Below, piece after piece: positions 1-9,022 of a stretch of DNA of 64,000 nt. A model generated the notes under the pieces. That model was not told where the DNA came from and made no database searches. It saw only the letters and a program-made list of their open reading frames with translations. Both the position numbers and the translations under genes were made by a program. The number at the start of each line of letters is the position of its first letter. Within the stretch, counting starts at the first letter, position 1. The stretch is from a virus, in IMG/VR virus record IMGVR_UViG_3300032312_001008, positions 3,894-67,893 of that record. One strand, given 5' to 3'.

Positions 1-49
1 TACTGAGTGTGCTAATGATCTCTTTGTTTCTTTCGATAAATTTAATCAT
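1..49 (-). CDS. 5' end of a divergently transcribed gene (MIKFIERNKEIISTLS..., runs off window)
   Basis: ATG at 49-47 on the minus strand, preceded by a strong SD (AAGGAGG) and a complete promoter; not in the ORF track because it is truncated. Confidence 0.75.
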   Translation of the reverse strand, partial: MIKFIERNKEIISTLS

Positions 50-96
50 AGTTTCCTCCTTAGAAAACAATAACACCCTGGTAGGTGTTACTTACT

Positions 97-126
97 AGTA
101 TAACATAATTTTGATACAAAAGTCAA
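97..126 (-). promoter_or_regulatory. sigma70/SigA-type promoter TTGACT-18bp-TATACT with extended -10 TG
   Basis: Reverse complement of agtcaa (121-126) and agtataaca (97-105). Confidence 0.7.
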
Positions 127-149
127 ATTTAGGTGTATAATTATTTATT

Positions 150-671
150 ATGACTACTTATGCTAATTCTATTACGGGAGTCAAATATCCCCTTGAAACT
201 TCCCCTGTAAACGTACACGGAGATTTTAAAAAGTTAGCAGAATCACTTGATGCAATTTTGCCAAAGTACGGAGTTTCGTATTTTGAGATTAATGTTAACA
301 TACCTTCAAGCCCAATAAACGATGGTGTTCCTGTTTATGTAACTGGAAGTGGTGGAGGAAGAGTAAATGTTGCAAAAGCACTTCCAGGAACAACTGCTCC
401 AATACTAGGATTATTTAGAAATTCAACAACGCCAAATCCTCAATTTCATATTGTGGTTGTTGCTGGAGTTATGGATAATTTAAACACTTCAATGTTTTTA
501 GCAGGAGACACTCTATATGTCGGAGAGTCTGGTGGACTTACAAAAGTTAGACCAGCAGGTGGATCTGCTGCAGTTGGAATTTGTGCAGTAGCGCATGCAA
601 ATAGCGGGATTGTAATAGTAGAAGCAAAAGGAAACGGTACCTGGGGAGCATTAAGAGATGGTCTTTCCTAA
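150..671 (+). CDS. putative virion structural protein (beta-rich)
   Basis: 173-aa ORF, TATAAT at 136-141, Gly/Val-rich beta pattern, in the tail-fibre module. Confidence 0.55.
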   Translation: MTTYANSITGVKYPLETSPVNVHGDFKKLAESLDAILPKYGVSYFEINVNIPSSPINDGVPVYVTGSGGGRVNVAKALPGTTAPILGLFRNSTTPNPQFHIVVVAGVMDNLNTSMFLAGDTLYVGESGGLTKVRPAGGSAAVGICAVAHANSGIVIVEAKGNGTWGALRDGLS

Positions 672-1306
672 TGGACGACATCAGGCTAATAAAAAGAAAT
701 AAAATAGTTTTTCCAGTAGAGTTAAAAGATTCACAGTTGCAGTCATGCAAGGTTTTTGCTTCAAGAAGATCAGCAATGCACCTTATACCAAAAGGTTCAA
801 GATTTTTAGAGGTTGGTGTTGCAGCAGGAGACTATTCATATGAGTTTTCCGTTTTAAATAACCCAAGTTCAGTAACACTACTTGATAGGTTTACTGAAAA
901 TGACTACATGGTTGGTGTAAGCAAAGGAGAAAGGTTTACTAGAGAAACACATGTAGACTTTATTAAAGATCGTTTTAAAGATTTCAACACAACTGTAATA
1001 CAAGGCATGACTCAGGATGTTTTACCAAACCTTACTGGTCCCTATGATTATATTTATTTAGATGCTGATAGTACTGCGGTTGGGTTTGGCCTTGAATTAA
1101 GAAATGCCGTAAGACTTTGTTCAGAAAATGGTATTATTGGAATCAACGACTACGCTATGGTTGATTATGTTCACAATGTTCCATTTGCCGTAGTCCACGA
1201 AGTAAATAAGTTTATGGAAGAAAATCCAGAGTGGCATATGATTGGCTTTGCTATAGAAAATACTATGTTTTGTGATGTTTATATTCAAAAAATGAATATG
1301 GTATAA
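671..1306 (+). CDS. class I SAM-dependent methyltransferase (Methyltransf_24-like)
   Basis: Motif I FLEVGVAAGDYS, YDYIYLDAD, GIIGINDY; coupled to upstream gene via TAATG. Confidence 0.8.
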   Translation: MDDIRLIKRNKIVFPVELKDSQLQSCKVFASRRSAMHLIPKGSRFLEVGVAAGDYSYEFSVLNNPSSVTLLDRFTENDYMVGVSKGERFTRETHVDFIKDRFKDFNTTVIQGMTQDVLPNLTGPYDYIYLDADSTAVGFGLELRNAVRLCSENGIIGINDYAMVDYVHNVPFAVVHEVNKFMEENPEWHMIGFAIENTMFCDVYIQKMNMV

Positions 1307-1307
1307 T
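1299..1307 (+). promoter_or_regulatory. extended -10 promoter TGGTATAAT, likely leaderless transcript
   Basis: 6 nt from -10 hexamer to ATG 1314, no SD; overlaps the upstream stop codon. Confidence 0.7.
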
Positions 1308-1313
1308 AAAAGA

Positions 1314-1730
1314 ATGGCAACTTTAAGAGGGTCTCAGTCATTATATGATATAGGAAACAAACCGCCAACAGTTATTTGGACTGTTGTTCGTGGAGATACT
1401 TCTGGGTTTAAAGTTTATGTAACAGATGATGCAAAGGTTCCATTAATTTTAAAGGGCCCTGAATCTGAGTGGGATATTGCTATGAAGATTAAGAGACCAA
1501 CCCTTCAAGAAGACAAGGGAGTCATTACTGATAATGCAACCACAATAATGGCTTTGCATCCAGTCGCAGACGAAGATGACCTTGTTGGAGAATTTACAGT
1601 TTGGCTTACAGCAGAAGAATCTAATGTATTGCAGACAGGAGACATCTTTGATATTCAAGTGTCAGACCCTACAAGAGTTTGGACGGTTGCCCAGGGTAGC
1701 CTAAGAATTCTTGAAGATGTAACAGATTAA
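1314..1730 (+). CDS. putative tail/baseplate adaptor protein (BppU N-terminal-like)
   Basis: VVRGDT start motif and FDIQV...WTVAQG end motif typical of this Ig-like adaptor class; context. Confidence 0.5.
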   Translation: MATLRGSQSLYDIGNKPPTVIWTVVRGDTSGFKVYVTDDAKVPLILKGPESEWDIAMKIKRPTLQEDKGVITDNATTIMALHPVADEDDLVGEFTVWLTAEESNVLQTGDIFDIQVSDPTRVWTVAQGSLRILEDVTD

Positions 1731-1954
1731 TGGCAACAGCATTAATACTTGATGAACTTAACGGTAATACAAAACAAATTTTTCCTATTGATTACCCATT
1801 AGTTCAGTTAAAAGATTTATCAAGAACAGTGGTTATAAGTGAAGTATTACCATTTAGGGTTAAGTTTACAGCAATACAAATTCAGGCTATTGGTCTTGGA
1901 AATACTCCAGCAATCCCATTGCAGGTTATTGGATATAGCAACTATATTCTTTAA
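1730..1954 (+). CDS. hypothetical protein
   Basis: 74-aa ORF coupled by TAATG. Confidence 0.6.
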   Translation: MATALILDELNGNTKQIFPIDYPLVQLKDLSRTVVISEVLPFRVKFTAIQIQAIGLGNTPAIPLQVIGYSNYIL

Positions 1955-1971
1955 TAATCTTATTAAAAGGC

Positions 1972-1980
1972 TGATATAAT
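1972..1980 (+). promoter_or_regulatory. extended -10 promoter TGATATAAT, likely leaderless
   Basis: 6 nt upstream of ATG 1987, no SD. Confidence 0.7.
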
Positions 1981-1986
1981 TACGAC

Positions 1987-2433
1987 ATGGCTAAAATATC
2001 AATCCCAGGAGTTAAGAGTTTATTCCAAACAGGAGATAGACCAACTCAAGAAAACTATGAAGATTTAATCGATACCGCAACTGCTCAATCAACAGATTTG
2101 GGCTCTGCAGGTAATAATGAAATCACAATCAACGGAATTGAGAACGTAACTGTTGTTGATAACTTTGATGCTACAGAATGGCGCATGGTCAAGTACCTTG
2201 TTTCAATATCAAAGACTAACGCAGGGTCTAACAAATTTTATGCAACAGAATTAACTGTTCTTGTTGACGGTACAAATATAAATGTCACCGAATACGGAAC
2301 AATCGACAATGATGGGAATATTGGCACCATTAATGTCTCCCGCACTGGAAATACCGTGGCTTTAACAGTCACTCCAGTAAGCGGTATTACACCTATAACA
2401 GTTCGTTTCGCAAGAATCGGACTAAAGGCTTAA
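1987..2433 (+). CDS. virion structural protein
   Basis: FQTGDRPTQENYEDLID N-terminal motif; C-terminal beta domain (KYLVSI...TEYGTI) resembles the C-terminus of the next gene. Confidence 0.6.
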   Translation: MAKISIPGVKSLFQTGDRPTQENYEDLIDTATAQSTDLGSAGNNEITINGIENVTVVDNFDATEWRMVKYLVSISKTNAGSNKFYATELTVLVDGTNINVTEYGTIDNDGNIGTINVSRTGNTVALTVTPVSGITPITVRFARIGLKA

Positions 2434-2446
2434 GGAGATATAAAAA

Positions 2447-5044
2447 ATGGCAACAGTAAATAAAAACTTTAAGGTCAAAAATGGCCTCGTAGTTGAAGGA
2501 TCAACCGCTACAGTAGCAGGAAAGCAAGTCCTCACAGAGGATACCTCAGATCAATATATTATTAATCTGATTGGCGGAGAAACACTCGTCACATCTGTTG
2601 AATCAACACAGATGGAAGTTATTGATGGCGAACTAAATATTAAGTCAGGCGTATTTGACTCATATGGATCAGCAGCAGATGCAGAATCAAATGCAAATAC
2701 ATTTGCAACTGGTGAAGCAGACGCAGCAGAAGCAGCAGCAATCGCTGCAGCAGCACTAGATGCAACATCTAAGGCAAATGCAGCACAGTCTGCAGCAGCA
2801 TCAGATGCAACAACCAAGGCAGCAACTGCTAAGTCAGAGGCTATCTCTGCAGCAGCATCAGATGCAACAACAAAGTCTAACAATGCATTAACATCAGCAA
2901 ATAGTTACACAGATGGAAAGATTGCAACAGAAGTTACAGATCGTAACTCAGCAATTACATCAGCAATTACAAATCTTAACCTTGCAAATACATACGATGC
3001 TAAGGGTGCAGCAGCACAAGCACTTGTAGATTCTAAGGCTTACACAGACCAGGAAGTTGCTGATCTTGTTGGATCAGCACCAGCACTTCTTGACACACTT
3101 AATGAGTTAGCAACAGCAATTTCAAACAACCCAAACTACGCAACAGACGCTGCAAATGCAGTTGCTGGAAGAGTAGCAAAGGCTGGAGATACAATGACTG
3201 GTGCCTTGACATTGTCAGGTGCACCAACAGTAGATTTGCATGCAGCAACTAAGGGTTATGTAGATTCAGCAGCAGCAACAGCACAAGAAAATGCAGAAGG
3301 TTATGCAGATGGTCTTGCAGGTGTAGTTGCAGGAGATCTTGCAGATCACGAATCAGCAACAGAAGCACACGGTGCAACTGGTGCGGTAGTTGGAACAACC
3401 AACACACAAACATTAACAAATAAGACTATTGGAGACACACTTAACTTCACTGGCGCAGGAGCAATGACAATCAACTCTGATTCTCATATCGTTCTAACTC
3501 CAGCAGCAGGATCTTCTGTTAAGTGGGGTTCAGATGTTCTTGCAACTCAGGCCTATGTTGATAACCAAACAACATCTGATGTAGCAGAAGGAACAAACCA
3601 ATACTTTACAGATGCTCGTGCCAAGACTTCAGCAGCAGATCTTTTGACTGGTGCAAATCTTACAAATATTACAATTACAGGAACAGGTGCAGGACTTACT
3701 ATTACCGCAGAAAACGGTGTAGCAGATTCTACAACAACTGATCTTGCAGAAGGTACAAACAAATACTTTACAGATGCTCGTGCAATCTCTGCAACAGCAG
3801 GATCATACGATGTTCTTGGTGCAGCAGCAGCAGCACAGTCAGCAGCAGAAGCAACTGCAGCAGCAGATGCAACTACTAAGGCTAATGATGCACGATTAGC
3901 AGCAGAAGCAACAGCAGCAGCAGATGCAACATCTAAGGTAGCAGCAGAAGCAGCACTTAGAGTATCAGGCGACGCAGCATCAGTATCAACTGCAGCAACA
4001 GATGCTACCTCAAAGGCAAACGCAGCCCAGTCAGCAGCAATCGCTGCAGCAGCAACAGACGCTACAACAAAGGCTAATGCAGCCCAGTCAGCAGCAGAAA
4101 CATTTGCTACAAATGCAGATACAGCAGTTCGCACAGCAGTAACAACTGAAATTGGAACTGCAATTAGCACAGAAGTTACAAACCGTAACTCTGCTATAGC
4201 ATCTGCAATTGCAACAGAAGTTACTGACCGCAACGCAGCAATTGGAACAGCAGTATCGAATCTTGTAGATGGAGCACCAGCACTTCTAAATACTCTTAGC
4301 GAGTTGGCTGAAGCACTTGGTGATCAACCAGATACAATTTCAAACCTTACAACTCTTGTTGGAACAAAGGCTCCATTAGCAAACCCAGCATTGACTGGCG
4401 TACCTACAGCCCCAACAGCAGCAGCAGACACAAATACAACTCAGATTGCTACAACAGCATTTGCTAAGGGTGAGGCTGACGCAGCACAAAGTGCAGCAGC
4501 ACTAGATGCTACCTCAAAGGCTGATGCAGCGCAAGCAGCAGCAATCTCTGCAGCAGCACTAGATGCTACCTCAAAGGCTGACGCAGCCCAGGCAGCAGCC
4601 ATTGCACATGCAGATGCACTTGACACAGACGATGTAGCAGAAGGTGCAAACCTTTACTTTACAGATGCTCGTGCTCGTAGTGCGGTAGATGGAACAAATC
4701 GTTCATTTACATCAGTTGAATTAAACTCAGTTGCTAAGCAAGTTGCAGCAACTCTATCAGCACCAACAGCAGGAGTTCAAACAGCCTACTCATGGGCTAA
4801 GGCTGATTTCCGATCAGCAGAATTTCTTGTAAGAGTTGGATCAGGAGTAAATACTGAAATATCAAAGGTACTTTTGACACTTGACACTTCAGATAACATT
4901 GCAATTACAGAATACGGAATTGTGTCAACAAACAATGAACTATCAACAGTTTCTGCAGCAATATCAGGAAGTAATGTTGAATTAAAGGTAACAACTTTAA
5001 GCAATACTTCAGTGATTACTGTTATGGGAACATTGATTAAGTAG
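2447..5044 (+). CDS. long tail fibre-like protein, Ala-rich coiled coil
   Basis: SD AAGGAG; DATxKAxAAQ repeats, APALLxTLxELA fibre motifs, three D(V/L)AEGxNxYFTDARA repeats, KAPLANPALTGVPTAPT. Confidence 0.8.
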   Translation: MATVNKNFKVKNGLVVEGSTATVAGKQVLTEDTSDQYIINLIGGETLVTSVESTQMEVIDGELNIKSGVFDSYGSAADAESNANTFATGEADAAEAAAIAAAALDATSKANAAQSAAASDATTKAATAKSEAISAAASDATTKSNNALTSANSYTDGKIATEVTDRNSAITSAITNLNLANTYDAKGAAAQALVDSKAYTDQEVADLVGSAPALLDTLNELATAISNNPNYATDAANAVAGRVAKAGDTMTGALTLSGAPTVDLHAATKGYVDSAAATAQENAEGYADGLAGVVAGDLADHESATEAHGATGAVVGTTNTQTLTNKTIGDTLNFTGAGAMTINSDSHIVLTPAAGSSVKWGSDVLATQAYVDNQTTSDVAEGTNQYFTDARAKTSAADLLTGANLTNITITGTGAGLTITAENGVADSTTTDLAEGTNKYFTDARAISATAGSYDVLGAAAAAQSAAEATAAADATTKANDARLAAEATAAADATSKVAAEAALRVSGDAASVSTAATDATSKANAAQSAAIAAAATDATTKANAAQSAAETFATNADTAVRTAVTTEIGTAISTEVTNRNSAIASAIATEVTDRNAAIGTAVSNLVDGAPALLNTLSELAEALGDQPDTISNLTTLVGTKAPLANPALTGVPTAPTAAADTNTTQIATTAFAKGEADAAQSAAALDATSKADAAQAAAISAAALDATSKADAAQAAAIAHADALDTDDVAEGANLYFTDARARSAVDGTNRSFTSVELNSVAKQVAATLSAPTAGVQTAYSWAKADFRSAEFLVRVGSGVNTEISKVLLTLDTSDNIAITEYGIVSTNNELSTVSAAISGSNVELKVTTLSNTSVITVMGTLIK

Positions 5045-5078
5045 TAAAAAATAAAATAGTTTGAAAAAGGAGCAATAA

Positions 5079-5534
5079 ATGGCAACAGATAATAAAGACT
5101 TTAAGGTCAAGAATGGATTAACCGTAGCAAACGGCGGTATATTCGGTGGTACTGTAACAGTAGCCGCTCCTACTCAAAACACACATGCAGCAACAAAACA
5201 ATACGTAGATGAAAAAGAAATGTTTGTTGCTACAGAAAGTTCAGCACCAGAAACAGCAATAGATGGTCAATTGTATATCGATACTATCTCTAAAAGACTT
5301 GCTTTTTATGTAGATGGAGTATGGCATACACTTACAACATTTAATGATATACAAGATATTCCACAGCACATTCACGATACAGCAATTGATGGAACTGGTT
5401 TAGTAGTTAGCCGATTCCAGGATGCTGGTTCTTATGATGATGCAGGTAGTACACCAGTTGACGCTGGATACTACAACACTAATTCATGGATAGTAACATG
5501 GGATGGCGGAATAGCAATAGATAACTTCAATTAA
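5079..5534 (+). CDS. short tail fibre-associated protein
   Basis: SD AAGGAG; N-terminus MATxNKxFKVKNGL shared with 2447 gene; HAATKQYVD fibre motif. Confidence 0.65.
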   Translation: MATDNKDFKVKNGLTVANGGIFGGTVTVAAPTQNTHAATKQYVDEKEMFVATESSAPETAIDGQLYIDTISKRLAFYVDGVWHTLTTFNDIQDIPQHIHDTAIDGTGLVVSRFQDAGSYDDAGSTPVDAGYYNTNSWIVTWDGGIAIDNFN

Positions 5535-5540
5535 AAATGA

Positions 5541-5549
5541 TGTTATAAT
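5541..5549 (+). promoter_or_regulatory. extended -10 promoter TGTTATAAT
   Basis: Intergenic, upstream of a small hairpin (ATGGG-CAGCA-CCCAT) and SD AAGGAG. Confidence 0.65.
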
Positions 5550-5592
5550 AAGATAAGTTAATGGGCAGCACCCATAAAAGGAGAAATAAAAC

Positions 5593-7215
5593 ATGGCAAC
5601 AAGAATGCAACAGCGCAGAGGAACTGCAGCACAATGGACGGCAGCAGACCCAGTTTTAGCAGCAGGAGAAATTGGATATGAGACTGACACTAATGAGTTT
5701 CGCATCGGCGATGGTGTAAACACTTGGTCAGATCTATCTCCATTTAAGAATTTAGAAGACTTGGGCGGATCACTTGATGATTACGTTCCAGTATCAACAA
5801 AGGGACAAGCAAATGGTGTAGCAGGTCTTGACGGAAGCGGAAAAATTCCTTCATCACAACTTCCAGATGCCCTATCTTTTGATGCAGAAGTAACAACTGC
5901 AGTAGAAACAGCACTTACCTCAGCAAATTCTCTATTGGCTACACACATAGAAGATACAACATATATTCATGGAATTCAAAATACAGCAGATCTAGCAACA
6001 AAAATGTATGCAGACGCTGCAGTCACAACACATGAACTAGACACAGCAAATGTTCATGGAATTGAAAATACTTTAAACCTTGCTACAAAGACATACGCAG
6101 ATGTAGCAGTAGGTACTCACAACACAGATACAACAGATGTTCATGGAATTGCAGACACTTCAGTACTTGTTGTGACATCTGGACTTACAAGCGCAATCAT
6201 GGCCCACAACGACGATACAACAGATGTTCATGGAATTGCAGATACTGCACTGCTTGCAACAAAGGCATATGCTGATGGAAAGGCTTCAGACGCACAGGCT
6301 GCAGCAATACTTGCAGCAGGAACAGCAGCAGATACAAAGGTTTCAACTCACAACACAGATACAACAGATGTTCATGGAATTGCAGATACTGCACTGCTTG
6401 CAACAAAGTCCTATGCTGATGGAGCAGTTTCAACTGCAGTAACAGCACTAACAAAGTCTTCAGTTGGTCTTGCAAATGTTGATAATACTTCAGATGCTAA
6501 TAAGCCAATCTCAACTGCTGCACAAACAGCACTTGACTTAAAGGCACCATTAGCAAACCCAACATTTACTGGAACAGTTGCAGGTGTTACAAAGGCTCAC
6601 GTAGGACTTGCAAATGTGGATAACACAGCAGACTCAGCAAAGCCAGTTTCAACTGCACAGGCTACAGCAATCGCAACTGCTAAATCAGAAGCAATTGCAG
6701 ATGCAACATCACAAGTTAACGCATTACTAACAGGTGCTCCAGCAGCACTTAACACACTTGATGAACTTGCTGCAGCACTTGGTGATGACGCAAACTTCGC
6801 ATCAACAGTTACAACTAATTTAGCAGCAAAAGCACCAATTAATGCACCAACATTTACTGGTACAGTAACAGTTGCAGCAAATGGTATAGCGTTTACAGAC
6901 GGAACACAGACACGGGCTGGCGTTCCATCTATAACAACATTTGCAACAGCAATTTCATCATCTGCAACACTTGCAGCAGGTGAACAGGATAAGTTTGTTC
7001 CACTAACTGGAGCAGTTACAATTACTCTTCCTGCAACAGGATACTCAACTGGACAGTCAATCGATTTCTACCAGGCTTCAGGTACTGGAGCACAGTTTGC
7101 TTCAACTAACAGCGTTGTAGGAACACCAGGTTTGAAGTTTAGAACTACAAACTCAGTTGTAACAGCAATGAAGACTGCAGCAGGATGGTTAGTCTTCGGA
7201 GACTTGTCAGCATAA
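5593..7215 (+). CDS. tail fibre protein with Mtd_N/hyaluronidase-N-type N-terminal domain
   Basis: QQRRGTAAQWTAADPVLAAGEIGYETDT..RIGDG N-terminus; VGLANVDNT repeats; His-containing repeats; C-terminal WLVFGDL domain. Confidence 0.8.
   Translation: MATRMQQRRGTAAQWTAADPVLAAGEIGYETDTNEFRIGDGVNTWSDLSPFKNLEDLGGSLDDYVPVSTKGQANGVAGLDGSGKIPSSQLPDALSFDAEVTTAVETALTSANSLLATHIEDTTYIHGIQNTADLATKMYADAAVTTHELDTANVHGIENTLNLATKTYADVAVGTHNTDTTDVHGIADTSVLVVTSGLTSAIMAHNDDTTDVHGIADTALLATKAYADGKASDAQAAAILAAGTAADTKVSTHNTDTTDVHGIADTALLATKSYADGAVSTAVTALTKSSVGLANVDNTSDANKPISTAAQTALDLKAPLANPTFTGTVAGVTKAHVGLANVDNTADSAKPVSTAQATAIATAKSEAIADATSQVNALLTGAPAALNTLDELAAALGDDANFASTVTTNLAAKAPINAPTFTGTVTVAANGIAFTDGTQTRAGVPSITTFATAISSSATLAAGEQDKFVPLTGAVTITLPATGYSTGQSIDFYQASGTGAQFASTNSVVGTPGLKFRTTNSVVTAMKTAAGWLVFGDLSA
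5944..6420 (+). repeat. five coding repeats HxxDTxxVHGIxxTxxLATK
   Basis: Near-identical nucleotide units (gatacaacagatgttcatggaattgcaga) at about 6127, 6213 and 6358, plus two diverged copies. Confidence 0.85.
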
Positions 7216-7246
7216 TAAAAAATTAAAGAAACAAAGGAGATTAAAT

Positions 7247-8296
7247 ATGTCAAAACAAGCAGGTAGAATGAGTCAGTCGGCAAACGACTTTCTGACTCCA
7301 TATGCACCAACGATAGTATCAGCAACAGATGTTGGAACAGCAAGACCATTTAACAATGGTGCTGTATCGGTGACATTTACTCCTACAGGTCCAAATGCTG
7401 CAACATCATACACAGTAACAGCAAGCACAGGACAAACAGCAACTGGCGCATCGTCTCCAATTATTGTAACTGGAATTGCTTCAGGAGCGACTCCAACATT
7501 TACAGTAACAGGAACAAACGCCGCAGGAACTGGTGCAGCATCTGCAGCATCATCTGCTGTAACAGTTACAACTGTTCCTCAAGCACCAACAATTGGAACA
7601 GCAACAAATGTTGGAACAAGTCGTGCATTCAATAATGGTGCAGCATTGGTAGCATTTACACCAGGTTCAACAGGTGGAAAAGCAATTATTGAATATCTAG
7701 CAGTGTCAAACCCAACTGAAACCTCTTCAACAGCAGGGGCATCCAGCCCACTAGCAGTTGTTAATCTTCCAGGTGGAAATAACATTACATTTAAAGTTAG
7801 GGCTAGAAATGCTAACGGAGAATCTGCAAACTCCTCTGACTCTAATGCAGTATCAATAACAACAGTGCCAGCAACTCCTGGTGCACCAGTTGCAATAACT
7901 CCAGCGCCTGGTGTAGATCGGTTAACTTGGACTGCACCAGCAAATGGTGGAGCAGCAATAACTAACTATTTCTGGGCATCTTCTGATGGAAAATCTGGTA
8001 ACACAAGTGCAACTACAGTTGATATTGGTCAAGAGCAAGGATCAGCACAGACATATACAGTTAGTGCACAAAATGGAAATGGTTCATCAGGAACATCTGC
8101 TGCATCTAATAGCGTTACAACGACATTCTCGTTTACACCATTTTCAGTATTCTCGTTCTCACCGTTTGGTTTCTCACCGTTTGGTGTGTTCTCATTCTCG
8201 CCATTTGGTTTCTCGCCATTTGGTTTCTCACCTTTTGGTTTCTCACCGTTTGGTGTGTTTGGTTTCTCACCATTCAGCGCAGCAGGAGACTGGTAA
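7247..8296 (+). CDS. fibronectin type III repeat protein with C-terminal (FSPFG)n tail
   Basis: Three FN3-like units (e.g. TFKVRARNANGES, LTWTAPANGGAAITNY, YTVSAQNGNG); SD AAGGAG; Phe-rich tail. Confidence 0.8.
   Translation: MSKQAGRMSQSANDFLTPYAPTIVSATDVGTARPFNNGAVSVTFTPTGPNAATSYTVTASTGQTATGASSPIIVTGIASGATPTFTVTGTNAAGTGAASAASSAVTVTTVPQAPTIGTATNVGTSRAFNNGAALVAFTPGSTGGKAIIEYLAVSNPTETSSTAGASSPLAVVNLPGGNNITFKVRARNANGESANSSDSNAVSITTVPATPGAPVAITPAPGVDRLTWTAPANGGAAITNYFWASSDGKSGNTSATTVDIGQEQGSAQTYTVSAQNGNGSSGTSAASNSVTTTFSFTPFSVFSFSPFGFSPFGVFSFSPFGFSPFGFSPFGFSPFGVFGFSPFSAAGDW
8126..8278 (+). repeat. 15-nt coding tandem repeat encoding F-[ST]-P-F-[GS] x8
   Basis: ttctcaccgtttggt-like units with synonymous variation. 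Confidence 0.9.
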
Positions 8297-8300
8297 GAAA

Positions 8301-8331
8301 TCTGCCATCGTAAGATGGTAGACCTTTTTTT
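8301..8331 (+). terminator. intrinsic terminator
   Basis: Stem TCTGCCATC/GATGGTAGA, GTAA loop, followed by a T run. Confidence 0.85.
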
Positions 8332-8332
8332 G

Positions 8333-8341
8333 TGGTATACT
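8333..8341 (+). promoter_or_regulatory. extended -10 promoter TGGTATACT
   Basis: Immediately after the terminator, upstream of the dioxygenase pair. Confidence 0.65.
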
Positions 8342-8368
8342 TGTATCAATAGTAGATAGGAAATCTCA

Positions 8369-9022
8369 ATGCGATACGATATACCGCCAAGTGTGAGCAA
8401 GTCAATACAGCCACACAAGTTTTTTGAAAGATTTTTAGAAAATGACCTTGAAGAATTAACTTTAGAACTTCAAGATAGATATCAAAAAATCGAGGAAGCA
8501 AAAGTTACTGGAGTTACACCAGTAGGAGAAAACGAATTATGGAAAGCATCTAATAGCGTTTCTACTATGAAGTGGAGACAATACAATGTTTTTCAGTTTC
8601 ATTCATCAGGACTATATAATTTATACTCAGCAGTCTCCGATATGGTAAAAGAGGCTTGCAAACATTATGAACTAGACTTTAACGAACAACAGTATATGGT
8701 TCAGGGATGGTTTAATATTAATTACACAAAGTCTGGCAAGTTGGATTGGCATGACCATGGACCAACTGGGGCACCAAACTTTCATGGATACTATTCTGTA
8801 AGTGCAGAACCATCTGTAACACATTATCGTGTTTTTGATAATTATGTTGACAACCACAATATTAATAATCGTGCAATTTTATCAGAAATGGGTCATCCAC
8901 ATGCTCAAGCAGATTGGGACTGGGAAGGACCAAGAATTACAGTTGCGTACGATGTAATTCCACTTAAAGATTTAAAGCAGTTTGCAATGAATCAAGAACA
9001 GCACTGGATTCCATTAGTATGA
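8369..9022 (+). CDS. putative Fe(II)/2OG dioxygenase (HxH...H type)
   Basis: WFNINY, WHDHG, FHGYY, GHPH, PRITVAYD motifs of a double-stranded beta-helix oxygenase. Confidence 0.7.
   Translation: MRYDIPPSVSKSIQPHKFFERFLENDLEELTLELQDRYQKIEEAKVTGVTPVGENELWKASNSVSTMKWRQYNVFQFHSSGLYNLYSAVSDMVKEACKHYELDFNEQQYMVQGWFNINYTKSGKLDWHDHGPTGAPNFHGYYSVSAEPSVTHYRVFDNYVDNHNINNRAILSEMGHPHAQADWDWEGPRITVAYDVIPLKDLKQFAMNQEQHWIPLV

Noticed and set aside
2551-4626. Long minus-strand Ala/Ser-rich ORFs (also 19384-20025, 31222-31716, 63514-63876)
   Set aside because: Antisense shadows of GCA/ACA-rich plus-strand genes
8126-8278. CRISPR-like or non-coding repeat array
   Set aside because: No spacers; units are in-frame 15-mers with synonymous variation
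5593-8296. Diversity-generating retroelement suggested by the Mtd_N-like domain and repeats
   Set aside because: No reverse transcriptase in the window and no template/variable repeat pair with adenine-specific mismatches; Mtd_N is a common fibre anchor domain
7986-8418. Alternative-frame ORFs with SHRLV and GEKPN repeats
   Set aside because: Shadows of the FSPFG repeat; no SD or promoter support
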